Origin: Amoebidium appalachense
Taxonomy: Eukaryota > Protista > Ichthyosporea
NCBI GenBank assembly: GCA_963693365.1
Contig: CAVNZM010000004.1
Location: 2,192,389 to 2,256,388 of the forward strand
Direction: 5' to 3'
DNA: 64,000 bases
Below are positions 30,361 through 64,000 of this stretch, in pieces; the first letter of the stretch is position 1, and each line of letters begins with the position of its first letter. Under the pieces are notes generated by a model. The model did no database searches. It saw only the letters and a program-made list of their open reading frames with translations, and was not told the origin of the DNA. A program made the translations under genes and the position numbers.

Positions 30361-32017
30361 TTAGACACTAGTTTGGCTACTCTGACTACTCTGAGATCCT
30401 GATTGGCTGCCTGCAGACTTGCGGCCACGATTACTTTGCTTTCGATCGTGCCATTGCAGCTGCGTCTCTCCAGCAGGTGGCAACGCCAGGCCCAGCACAG
30501 CAGATGCACGAGAAGGGGGTGGGAACTGCCCACCAGCCGAGGGCTGGCCCACATGGCCCAAGTAAGGATGGGGACCGTGCTGCGGCAGTAGCCCAGGCAT
30601 GGGGAAGGCAGGGCCGGGCTGAGGCGGCATGATGCCCCACGGTGGGGGCCAGCCATGTGGGTGGTGCGGGCCTGGATGGGGTGCAGGGGGCATGTGCGGC
30701 ACATGGCCCTGCTGCATGTCAAGCGCGGGTGCTGGTGGCATGGCATCCTGATTGGCTGCAACCCAACGTGGGCAGCTCTTGGCCCGATTGGAGCCGGGGC
30801 AGCCCTTGCCCTGGCGGCCACACGTCTTGCAGGTCTTGGGGGCTCTCTGGGGTGGCTGCATAGGAGGGGGCACCGGCAAATCCATCTGCAGGGGCCCCTC
30901 AGGGCCAATGTTGCGATGCTTTTTGCCCACTAGCATGGGCAAGGGCCGCTCACGCTGCGCCCCTGCATCGACACCGTCTGGAACAGGGAGGGGTGGCAAG
31001 GGGGCAGGCCGTATGGTTGCTGGCACAGCGTCTGCCCTCTCCTCGCGCATACGCTTGCGGTGATCTGCCAGGCCCTCGTGTGTGGAGCGCTGTGCATGTG
31101 CCGTCTGCCAGGTCTTCCACTTGTCGAAATGCTTCTTGATGTAGGCCGCATCCTTCATGTAGATTCCCCCAGCCACAGAGGCAGCCTTGTTGAAGTCTTG
31201 GGCCAAAGCCTCGAACAGCTGGCCGTTGGGCTTTGCATGTGCCTTGTAGGTGCCCAGGAGCAGCGTGCTGAATAGCTTGCGCTCCTGAGGGGTAAGCACC
31301 GGAAGGAAGGGGATGGCCACATGTTGCTTCTGCGCCAGGAACTTGTAGTCGCCCCTCAGTGCAGGGTCCGGCTGTGGTGCACCACGCGCCACCTGGTTGC
31401 CCCCCCCCATGGCAGCACCGTCACCCTCCTCGACCTCACAGTCCTCTGGCCCGCCCATCACGCCATTGGCTGCAGGCTCGATGTTATCAGACGGAGGTGG
31501 GGGTGCGGGCACCGCAACTGGCTCCTGCGCCGGGGCATTGGCCACACAGGAGAGCGGGGCAAAGTTGAAGTACTCCTCCGGTAGCTTGTAGCAGCCTACG
31601 GGTACCCACTGGGGGTCGAGGTGATGGCCGTACAGCATCAGCGCCAGTGCCTCCATGTCGTCAACAATCCAGGGGCTGTAGTGGGGGGGCCCCGATGCCT
31701 GGCCCAGGCGGTTGCGGTAGTGTGCACGCAGGTTGTGGCGGTGGCGCCTATTGGACATGGTGGCGTCCAGCAGGCGCAGCGACATGCGTGTGGCCCCAAA
31801 GTGGGTGGCCAGGGGGTTGTGCACTGCCCCCTCCACCTCGTTGGTGCCCCGGATGCAGCGGTAGCGCATGAGCCCATCTGCGTCGGCAGTGGTCTCGTAG
31901 TAGAGGGGCAGGCCGGGGGGGTCCGACAGACAGCCATTTTGGGCGTGTTCGAGCAGCGACTGTGGGGGCACAAGCAAACATCAGAGAGATGGGTGGGTGG
32001 TGGTGGTGGTAGTGTGT

Positions 32018-32064
<47 letters not shown>

Positions 32065-32145
32065 GGGGGGGGATGGGGTTGCTAAGGAAAAAAACGAGCA
32101 GGGAAAGGCAAAAAACAACTGGCTAGGCAGCAAGGGCCGTGCGGG

Positions 32146-32211
<66 letters not shown>

Positions 32212-32787
32212 ATGTTTGGGGGGGGGAGGGGGGGGGGGGGGGGGGGGGGAGGCTAGGGTGTGCGTGTGTGTGCAGATGAACCAAGGATGACAAATAAGCG
32301 AAGAATCTTTTCTGTGGTGGTGGAGTTGTTGGGCGCCTGCAGGGGGAGGGGGGGGGGGGGGGGATGTTGCCTCGAGTCTTTCAAAGCCATCCTTCTTGAA
32401 CAGAGGCTTGCCATCCGGTCCGGGCGGCACATCCTTGTAGGTGTTTTTGAACTCCACCAGCCGCGAGACCAGCGTGTATGGGTCGGGAATAACCCGCCGG
32501 ATGCGCTCCATGAAGTAGCTCAGGTCGCCGCCCTTGAGCTCGGTTTCAATGTCGATGCCCTTCTGCTCCAGCACCCCCTGTGAGGCAGGATGCCAATATT
32601 AATTTACTACGCACACTGCAATTTGGGTTTGGTAGACTTTGATACCTGCCGTTATTGTAGGACCCCTCCCCTCCACCCCCCCCATCTTCTCCCCCAACAC
32701 AAGTAAAAAATGCATGTGGCTATTTCCCCCCACAACCCTACATTATTTCTCTCTAGGCATATGAATAACCCCCACTCTCCTCCCCCC

Positions 32788-32826
<39 letters not shown>

Positions 32827-33999
32827 TTGCCCCCCCTCTCTCTGAGGCTCAGGCTCTCTCTCTTCCCTCAGAAGTTTTGTCGAAGGTGTGCATGGTTGTG
32901 GGTGGAATGGTGAGTGTGTGCTAACGAGTGTATGTGTGTGTGCGCGTCAGTCACGCATGTTGTTGTTGCCGTTTTTTTTATTTTTATTTTTTATTTTTTA
33001 TTTTGGGGGGGGGGAGGGGGGGGGGGCACCTTCACATGTCCGTAATCCTCTTCATTCCACACAAATATTGCCTCGCTGAGTGCGCGTGCGTACTCAGCCC
33101 TGCGGGGGTGTGACTTGTACGTGCCGTCCGCCGTGTTTGCAATGGAGTGGAAGGCGTCATTCAGCACAGTCTGCCACACCACCTCCCCAGGCGGTGCCTG
33201 GCCCAACATGCCCTCTCTGGGAGCTGCCTCGGGTCCCCCTGGGGCTGCCTCAAGGCCCCCCCGGGGCTGCCTGGGGGTCCTGGGGGGGTGCCTGTGGGCC
33301 GGCAAGGGGTTGCTGCTGCTCGGCAGGGGGAGGACTGGCAGGGGGAGGGGCTGGGTCAGGGACCACCGGCACCTCGGCACCTGGGTCCGGTGGGGGCTGA
33401 ATGGGCCGTAGCCACTGCAGGTGCACCATCAGCTCAAAGGGCGGCGGGCCCAGCTCTCCCAGGGTCTTGCCCTTGTCGGGGCCAAAGGGCACCTGCATGG
33501 CCGGCGACAGCACCTGATCCACCCGCACCACTGCATGCTTCTTGCCCACCTTCATGCCCCCCCAGCGCTCCGGCTGCACAGCCAGCACCACCCCGGTGGC
33601 TGCTGCAGCATGTGGGCCCCGCCGGGGCACAATCTCAACCCCTTCACCGAGTGCCTTTGCATGAAGCCGCGCTGCATGTCATAGAGGGAAGCAAAAAACT
33701 CAGCCAAAAAGCCACAGCACCAACGTTTTTCTCTTCGCTCCACAAAAATCAAATGCATATTCCTTAGCAACCCCCTCTCCCCCCCCCCCCCCCCCCCCCC
33801 CCCCCTTCTCCCTCCCCCCCCCCCCCCTCTCCCAGTGCCCAGCTTGTGTGGCACTTGCACGTGTTAACAGTGCTATAGCCCCCCCCCCCCCCCCCCCCCC
33901 CCCCACCACCACCACCACCACCACCAATCACCCCCTCCTTTGATAGCCACCCGACACCCAGCATAACACAACTGGAACACTGGCCCATGTGGTCAGCCA

Positions 34000-34030
<31 letters not shown>

Positions 34031-34960
34031 CTCCCCCCCTCCCCTCTCCCTCTGGGGGGCCCACAATCTTTCTATATCTGGCATAAGCACATAAGCACTG
34101 GGGCAAAAAGCAGGTGGGATACACACCTGACAGGTTTGGCCTATCGACCACGGCCGAGTAGACCTGCAGGGACGCATATGCATCAAGGGCAGCGTAGGTG
34201 GCCTGCACCTCTGATAGCGGCTCGTGCCAGTTGGAGCATCGAACAAGTGCCGGCTTGGGCAGCTTCTTGCCTATGACCTGGGCAGTGATGTCGGCCAAGC
34301 CCCGGGCCGCAGAGGTGATAGCTGCACGGGCATAGCAGAACCGGCCCAGCTCCAGATAGCTGGCCACAGGGGTGCCGTAGTCCTTGTTGAGGTGGGCCGA
34401 GTCCGTGCCGATCTGCTTGCCCACCTTGATGATGCTGGGGTCCCTAAGCAGCGCAATCAGCTCGTCCACCAGCCGCGCGGGCGGGCTGTGGTTGGGGCCC
34501 ATGCGTGCCAAGTGGAAGATGTACACGGCCCGTGCGGTGGCAATCTGCAGCGTGCAAACCTTGGACCGCGCCTGGCCCACCCGATAGACCCACTCGCAGT
34601 CCAGCCCCACCACGCGGTGCTGCTGCCCCTCCAGGTCGGCACGAATGGCCGCTGTAGCCACCACCGCCCCCTGGCAGTCGGTGTACACCGGCTTAGGGTA
34701 GTTGGCCGGCAGCTCCAGCCCAGGCAGACCGTCCGTCACGCTTACCAGCGCAGCCTCGTTCAGACGGACGGGGCATTTTGGCCGGGCTAGGGTTGGAAAC
34801 ATGCGCTCAACAAACGCCCGGTCTTGGCAGCACCGATCTGTGTAGAAGAAGGCCGGGCCCTTGCTGTTGAGCGCCGCCGTGGTGGCAGAGATGCGCTGGA
34901 TCACGGGCTCAATCTCCTGGTGGCTGCAGTCCCGTGTAAATACCTGCGCCCGGATCTCTG
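30361..34960 (-). mobile_element. Mutator-like (DUF6729-type) transposase ORF with inserted DEDDy 3'-5' exonuclease and C-terminal Cys cluster; N-terminus disrupted
   Basis: Exons about 34960-34127, 33671-33030, 32577-32371, 31959-30361. Motifs in order: FYTDRCCQDRAFVERMFPTL (second D); exonuclease VGLDCEW / KVGKQIGTDSAHL / YAALDA; VLNDAFH (DxxH); GCLSDPPG; YRCIRGTNEVEGAVH (E); CKTC..CPGSNRAKSC. One homopolymer frameshift near 33256-33262. No TIRs or TSD identified. Confidence 0.7.
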
Positions 34961-35045
34961 GGGTGCCGCACTGTGTGAGAGGGCATCTCCGAGCAGCCAT
35001 GCATGTTCTAGCTTCCCTTACCACATGGCCCTTCACGAGACTTCA

Positions 35046-35350
35046 GTGCCCACACAATCCTTTCCCCCTCCCTCCCCCCAAACCCATGTGCCCACATACT
35101 TTCCCCTCCCTCTCCCCCAAAACCCTTCCCCCTCCTTCCCCCCAAACCCATGTGCCCACATACTTTCCCCAGGCCTCCCTTTCCCCCAAAATCTTCCCCC
35201 CCCCCCTCCCCCTAAACCCATGTACCTACAATCCTTCCCCCTTCCTCCCCCTAAACCCTTGTGATCACAATCCTTTCCCCCTCTCTGCCTTCCCCCCAAA
35301 CCCATGTGCCCACGATCCTTCCCCACTCCCCCTCCCCCCAAACCATGGGA
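35046..35350. repeat. Degenerate minisatellite (CCCAAACCCATGTGCCCACA core, about 6 copies)
   Basis: Cores near 35077, 35141, 35211, 35250, 35295, 35337, separated by C/T-rich spacers. Confidence 0.8.
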
Positions 35351-35520
35351 CAGCCCTCCATATGGCACCTACTGTCCCCCCCCCCCCCCCCCCCCACCCC
35401 ACCCCGGGCCTCTTGCCCTCTCTACCTTCAACCCCGACGGTGGTGTCTCTCCCCCCCCCCCCCCCCCCCTGCATCCCTTGCAATCACTGGCCCCTACTCC
35501 CATTCTGCTTGGCAGAAGCT

Positions 35521-35568
<48 letters not shown>

Positions 35569-35569
35569 A

Positions 35570-35951
35570 TTCCCCGCCAAAAACTTTGCCGGCACAAACC
35601 CCCAGACAATTAAACGCCTTCCACTCTTCATGCGTGATCAGTTTCCGGCCTACCTTAGCCACCGCAGTGGGCTCGACCTAAAGGTGGTAACATTGTTGCG
35701 TGCACTGGCAGACAAATGTGTGGGCCCAAACGCCTTTGCCACCCTCCTCTCGGAGCTCCACAAGCAGCGATACGACGAGCAGCGGCTCCTGTATTACTCG
35801 AGGGCGCTGCATTGGACCAAGTATGAACTCAAAAAGCGTAACGATTTCCGCCCCCACGACCAGCGCCTGACAGAACTTCCCCCAGAGGAGCAGGCGGCTA
35901 AGTTCTCGGCGTTTGGTGACAAAAATGGTTACGCTGGACATGTGCCTTCAG
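35570..35951 (+). pseudogene. N-terminal exon of the same transposase family, in inverted orientation
   Basis: Plus-strand translation KNFAGTNPQTIKRLPLFMRDQFPAYLSHRSGLD...LLSELH...FSAFGDKNGYAGHVPSG, ending at a G|GCAAGT donor-like site. I recall this motif set lying N-terminal to the EIR/YTD block in DUF6729-type proteins. Confidence 0.65.
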
Positions 35952-36194
35952 GCAAGTGTGCACTGCATTTTGGGTGTGTAAATGGTCCCCATTGTTTTGT
36001 ATGCACGTGCTTGGGCATTTTTTGGGTTGGCTTGGTAGGGTTTTGTTTTATTATTTTTTATTTTTTTTTTAGGGGGGGGGGGACTTGGAAATGGGTTTTG
36101 GAAGTGTGGTCAATAAGTTTCTATTATGGTGGTGGTGGATGTGTGGTGGTGGATGTGCGCCTGTGAGTGTGCGTGTACTTGTGGGTCCGTGTGT

Positions 36195-36225
<31 letters not shown>

Positions 36226-36987
36226 GGGGAGGGGGAGGGGGGACATGGTGATGGATTAGGTGGTGGTGGTGGCAATCAGTCATGGTGGTGGTGGTGGTGG
36301 TGGTGGTGGTGGGGGGGGGGGGGGGGGGGGGAGGGGCAGAGGGATCATCAGAGGGGTGAAAGCATAACGGTCCATGTACCAGTTAGTTGTATTTTTTCCA
36401 ACAAAGTTGAAAGTGGGTCCACTCTCCGGTCTTCACTGACTCATGGACAACCAATGAACATGCGCGCCATTAACAGTGTGACCAATCACAAAGCGGCTTG
36501 AAAATATCTCTTTCACCTTTTTCACTCTGAAGCTGAGCCCAGCAAGTGTCCGCTACAGTATAAATAAATAAATAACACATACCATAAAAATATTCCATAA
36601 GAATTTTATATATATAAGTTAAAACATTACATATTAATATTTTTTGGAAATCCCTGTTTTATTATTGATAAATTACTGAATGTAGGGCACTCGACTATCC
36701 AGCAATTTTTATATCTCAGTAGGCCGAGTTTATCTTCGTGTTTTTTGAATTTTTATCTGGCGCGCACGCACAAGCGGGACATTCCGGGACCCACCAAGGC
36801 CTCCTAAATAGCAGTGTGCTATTTAGGAGGCCTTGGGACCCACACATAGTTGTTTCTCTTGTCGCATTTGCTGTGCCCGTGCCCGTGCGTGTGCTGCTTT
36901 GGAACGAGTTGTTTCGATTTCACAGTTTCTTTCAAACTTTCAATCATATTTTCACTGTTCTTCATGTGAAAAAGCGACTTGTAAAAC

Positions 36988-41264
<4,277 letters not shown>

Positions 41265-42518
41265 TCTGGGGCTCCTCCTGGCTCTAAGTCGTTTTCCCAC
41301 ATCCGGCTTGTATCTCCCACTTTCCAATTATTGTTGATTCGTCTTTTACACTCGTGATCGCCATCCACACCAGTAACATCTTCGTCTCCCTTCTGGCCCC
41401 CATTGAGCGGAATTTCTTGTTTCTTTCGGGCAGCCTGCTCCAGATCGGGAGTTCATTCAGCACACATGTACACTCGGCTATTATGTCATACACTCGACAA
41501 TCGTTATATGCATTCTGTCCATCTTCTCATCTACGACAGCTCTCCCGTCCCCGTGGCAACACATTCATGCCAACATTCCTACGGTCTTCTCTCTTTCAGC
41601 CCACAAGTTGAACCTTGCCATCTGCTCTTCTCGCCGTCCTTTTTTTTTTTTTTTTTTTTTTTTTTTTCCCGCCCCGACTTTCGTGCCCTGTGTAGCTGCC
41701 CGGCGATTTCTACCACGTTTTGCTCCACCTTGAATGTTTCCGCAATGGATCATCATCACCACAATCATCTTCACGTAGCCTCCTTTTTTGTATCTGCTGC
41801 TGCACGGGTTCGGAGCAACTGCACCATGTCAACATTTACCACCTCACTCTCATTTATTGTCCGCTGAGCTGCCTCTCTGCCGCTTGCTGCCATAGCAACA
41901 GGAACGGAAGTTGACCGGCCAACATTCAATTGTGCTCTACAAGTGTTTTGTTGGCTGGTCGAAGACTCGGTCAGATCGAATCGTATGTTGTGTGGCGTAT
42001 TCTTCTGCTTGCCTGGCAGCGTAATGTGCGAGTATCTGCAATGATTATCTCATCCACTTTCTCTGGGTCAATCTGGGTGTTGATGGCTGGCAAGGTTTGC
42101 TGCGCCTTATTGCTGGACCAGATACTAGCCGATAGTGAAAGTTTGGGTGAGTTGTTCCTAGGATTCTTTGGGAAATCGCAGGTTTTTTCAGAGGCAATGC
42201 CTTAAATTTTTTTCTAGATTAGGGGCGAATCGGATGAAACTTTTAAATTTACATTAATACATACATCGAACGTTTTGCACGTTTAGTCTAAGATTGCAGT
42301 TGTGAAGTGGTTCTCACCATTCCTACTCAGTCGACCGTACGGTGACCCAGCATGCATATTCCTACGTTTTTGTTTGCTTTATAAATATTGTCACCGCTAC
42401 TTCATCCTATTTTTGTGATTACCGTTGTAAGGGGCTGATGCAATTTGCAACGTAATAAACCGTCATTTTCTTGGTTCTTGCAATCCTCTTGTCTCGGTGC
42501 CCCCCCCCCCCCCCCTCC

Positions 42519-42541
42519 ACACACGCACACACACACACACA

Positions 42542-42599
<58 letters not shown>

Positions 42600-42662
42600 A
42601 CCACCACCACCACCACCACCACCACCACCACCACCACCACCACCACCACCACCACCACCACG
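42519..42662. repeat. (CA)n followed by (CCA)n microsatellite
   Basis: Directly visible. Confidence 0.95.
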
Positions 42663-42976
42663 GTGGTGACCCGGGGCCACCACTCCACAGCCCCCTATGG
42701 TAATAATCATTCATACATGTCCAGCTATGATATCGATGCCTATCTATGCGTAAACACGAGCTGCATGCCCTAATGCATATGTACACAGCTAATATAGCAT
42801 ACGTGTTGACTCGCAATTTTTTTTTAAAGTTTATGCCTGGCGCCGCGTATGTTCAGTTACGACTGTATTTACACATCCGGTGTCACACCTACTACCCACA
42901 CAACATGGCAGGCCCGGGCCACACGCCCTACACACAAATGCATACGTACACTGGTGCGCTAGCCCGGATCGATCCC

Positions 42977-43015
<39 letters not shown>

Positions 43016-43393
43016 CGCTCCCCCCTCCTCCGGATCCCGCCCCTCCCCCCCCCCCCTCCCCCCCACCCCACCCCCTCCCCCTCCCCGGGCCGCCCCCACC
43101 TCCCGTGCACGGCCTTCCCGCGGAATTCCCTCCCGAGGCCGCTTGACAATGTTCACTACTACTACGTAATGATCGAGATAATACCCTGTGACAGTGTCAC
43201 ACGCACACACAAAAGCATACACACACGTGCACACACACACTCACACACACACACACCACACACAGACATGTGCACACATGTACACACACACCCACTAGTG
43301 GGCCCGGGCCACACGCACACGCACATAAGCACACAGACAAAACACGTGCACGTGCACACACACACACGTACAAACAAGCACACACACACACGT

Positions 43394-43476
<83 letters not shown>

Positions 43477-43829
43477 CATATGCACACACACACGAACGCG
43501 TGCACAGTGGCACGCACCGTGCATGTTTACACTGAGGTCGAAACCTCCGTTAACCCGATTGGTCTAGCGCGCAACATTTACGTCATCAAGTCTTGTGGAA
43601 GCCAATCGTTGCACACCAGTCATCCAAGGGCTATAAATCGGTATTTTGAAGAATTCAAGGTATTCATTCTGAAATTGCTTCTTTTAAATTACATTTGATT
43701 TAGCTAAAAGCGATTAGTACCCCACAATAGATATCCGTCAGATTTTACTGTATTATGAACTAATTATGGGCATATTCCGTGTATTCTACTATCTATGGGT
43801 TTATGGATCCGCGACGCATGCAACTTAGA

Positions 43830-43913
43830 AAAAAGTAGCTTGGAGAGCCTTCAGTTTTTAGGATTATTTACAAAAAGTAGCTTGGAGAGCCTTCAGTTTT
43901 TAGGATTATTTAC
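43830..43913. repeat. Perfect 42-bp tandem duplication
   Basis: AAAAAGTAGCTTGGAGAGCCTTCAGTTTTTAGGATTATTTAC at 43830-43871 and 43872-43913. Confidence 0.95.
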
Positions 43914-44610
43914 ACTCTCTTCTGCGTCTTGCACATAGAGCGCTTTTGGAAGCTCTTCTCATGTATAAGTTGTTTTTCTTTTTATAGGAACATAAGGTTG
44001 TTGTGGAAAGTTGGATCGAAGAGGTTTAGTGCACAGCCCGTCTTGGATCCCTTGCAGGACAAGCTACCATGCACCTGTGAAACCCGATATATGTGGCCCT
44101 TAACGAACTTGGATATGGATCTAGCTTGAATAAGCTCCCTATAGCCATACACCACACAAGGATCTGACCATGTCCATCTCTTCCCAAGACAACATCGGGC
44201 TGCTCTATACGCCGGTGATTATCCCTTTGTTGTCCCATCCTGCTTGCTATCGAGCTATCCTTTTGGATTATGCATGAAAAGTGGACATTAACAGTAAATG
44301 GCAAGTGCTATTGTTTCTTCTTTCTTGCTGGATGCACATCCCAGTCACGTTCCAAACAACAACATCCAGCATGCGCACATACCTGTTGGAAATGTTCTAT
44401 CTTGATCTTCAAGTATTCTTTCCCATTACTCATAGTAAAGCATGGGAAGATTTAGTGTGCTTTCGTGTGGATATAACACCAACGAATGCGGAAAAATGTC
44501 GCTCTATTTTTTTTTTTTTTTTTTTTTTTTTTGGAGTGTTTAAGGGCCCGGAATGCGCCGATTCAGGTGTGACGGAAAGGTTGGGAACCCCAGTAGGGGC
44601 CTAGCTGGGC

Positions 44611-45190
<580 letters not shown>

Positions 45191-45767
45191 TGTGGCTGAC
45201 ACAGTGAGTATGTGTGCTGGTGTGTGCTTGCCATGGTACGTGAGTGAGTGGGTTTGTGTGTGTGTGGGTTACCGTACATAAGTCGCAAGTGATGTGTGCG
45301 TTAAGGAGGCAGGGGAAGGGGGAGGGGGAGGGGGGGAGGGGGATGGGGACTTCAACTGAGAGATGAGATGCGCTGGTGCCTTGGCTAGATATGCAAGCTG
45401 TGTTTATTTCCTGCAATTATTCAACCTGAAGTATGTGCATATCATCCGGATGTACGATTGTGCTAGTGTTAGAATTATAACGCCTATGTGCATCCAAGTT
45501 GGGGGGACCTGTATGCTGTGTTTGTAGGTGACCGAGTGAGCTTGTGTGTGGGCGTGTATCCAAATGTGGTGTGTTTGGCTCTCTACATATCTGGAATCAC
45601 TCTCCCCACCACAATACCAAAATACACTACAGAAACCGTGCTCCCGCCTTTATCCCCCGTCCCCCCCCCCCCCCCCCCCCCCCGGATTCCATTCCCATAT
45701 TTTCCTTCCTTCCTCTCCCCTTAAATTGAACATAACTATCAAAAAAATCTTGTCGTGCACTATTGAC

Positions 45768-63948
<18,181 letters not shown>

Positions 63949-64000
63949 GTATGAATAGGTGCAAAAAGGGCAGAAGCTGTTGCTTGTGTGTCCTATATGC

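Noticed and set aside
35208-35260. Interstitial telomere repeats (CCCTAAA), also near 3281 and 54481
   Set aside because: Only isolated units within C-rich sequence, as expected by chance.
27540-36720. Terminal inverted repeats for the transposase element
   Set aside because: By eye I found only a 10-bp inverted match (28085/28436) that does not bracket the ORF; no convincing TIR or TSD.
41284-41893. Minus-strand gene starting MAASGREAAQ...
   Set aside because: The frame closes after 40 codons and any extension requires assumed indels; no recognisable domain.
43929-44433. Small minus-strand gene (MSNGKEYLKIKIEHFQQ then GTATGT)
   Set aside because: One plausible donor only; no downstream in-phase exon or known motif found.

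Overview
Intron-rich eukaryotic genomic DNA, most likely an opisthokont and possibly a unicellular holozoan (inferred from the class V myosin and integrin-like motifs). Introns are packed with poly-C/poly-G tracts and (GT)n/(CA)n microsatellites, so almost all long ORF-track entries are low-complexity artefacts. Spliced models I assembled by hand: (1) a hypothetical gene on the minus strand (<743-5578). (2,3) Two tandem paralogous type I membrane adhesins (6519-12541; 18839-25716), each with signal peptide, vWA domain with intact MIDAS, 7 thrombospondin type 1 repeats, a Gly/Ala-rich TM helix and a cytoplasmic tail carrying NPLF-x8-NPAY in integrin-beta register. This is a TRAP/MIC2-type ectodomain joined to an integrin-beta-type tail, and is the most interesting object here. 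(4) A probable 5'-truncated non-LTR retroelement between the paralogs. (5) A Mutator-like (DUF6729-type) transposase ORF with a DEDDy 3'-5' exonuclease inserted into its catalytic core; its N-terminal exon lies inverted on the opposite strand. (6) An RE/RD-rich RRM protein gene. (7) A class V myosin with five rather than six IQ motifs, running off the right edge. Single-base frameshifts in homopolymer runs in four separate genes suggest an unpolished long-read assembly. All family assignments come from motif recognition from memory; no database search was run.
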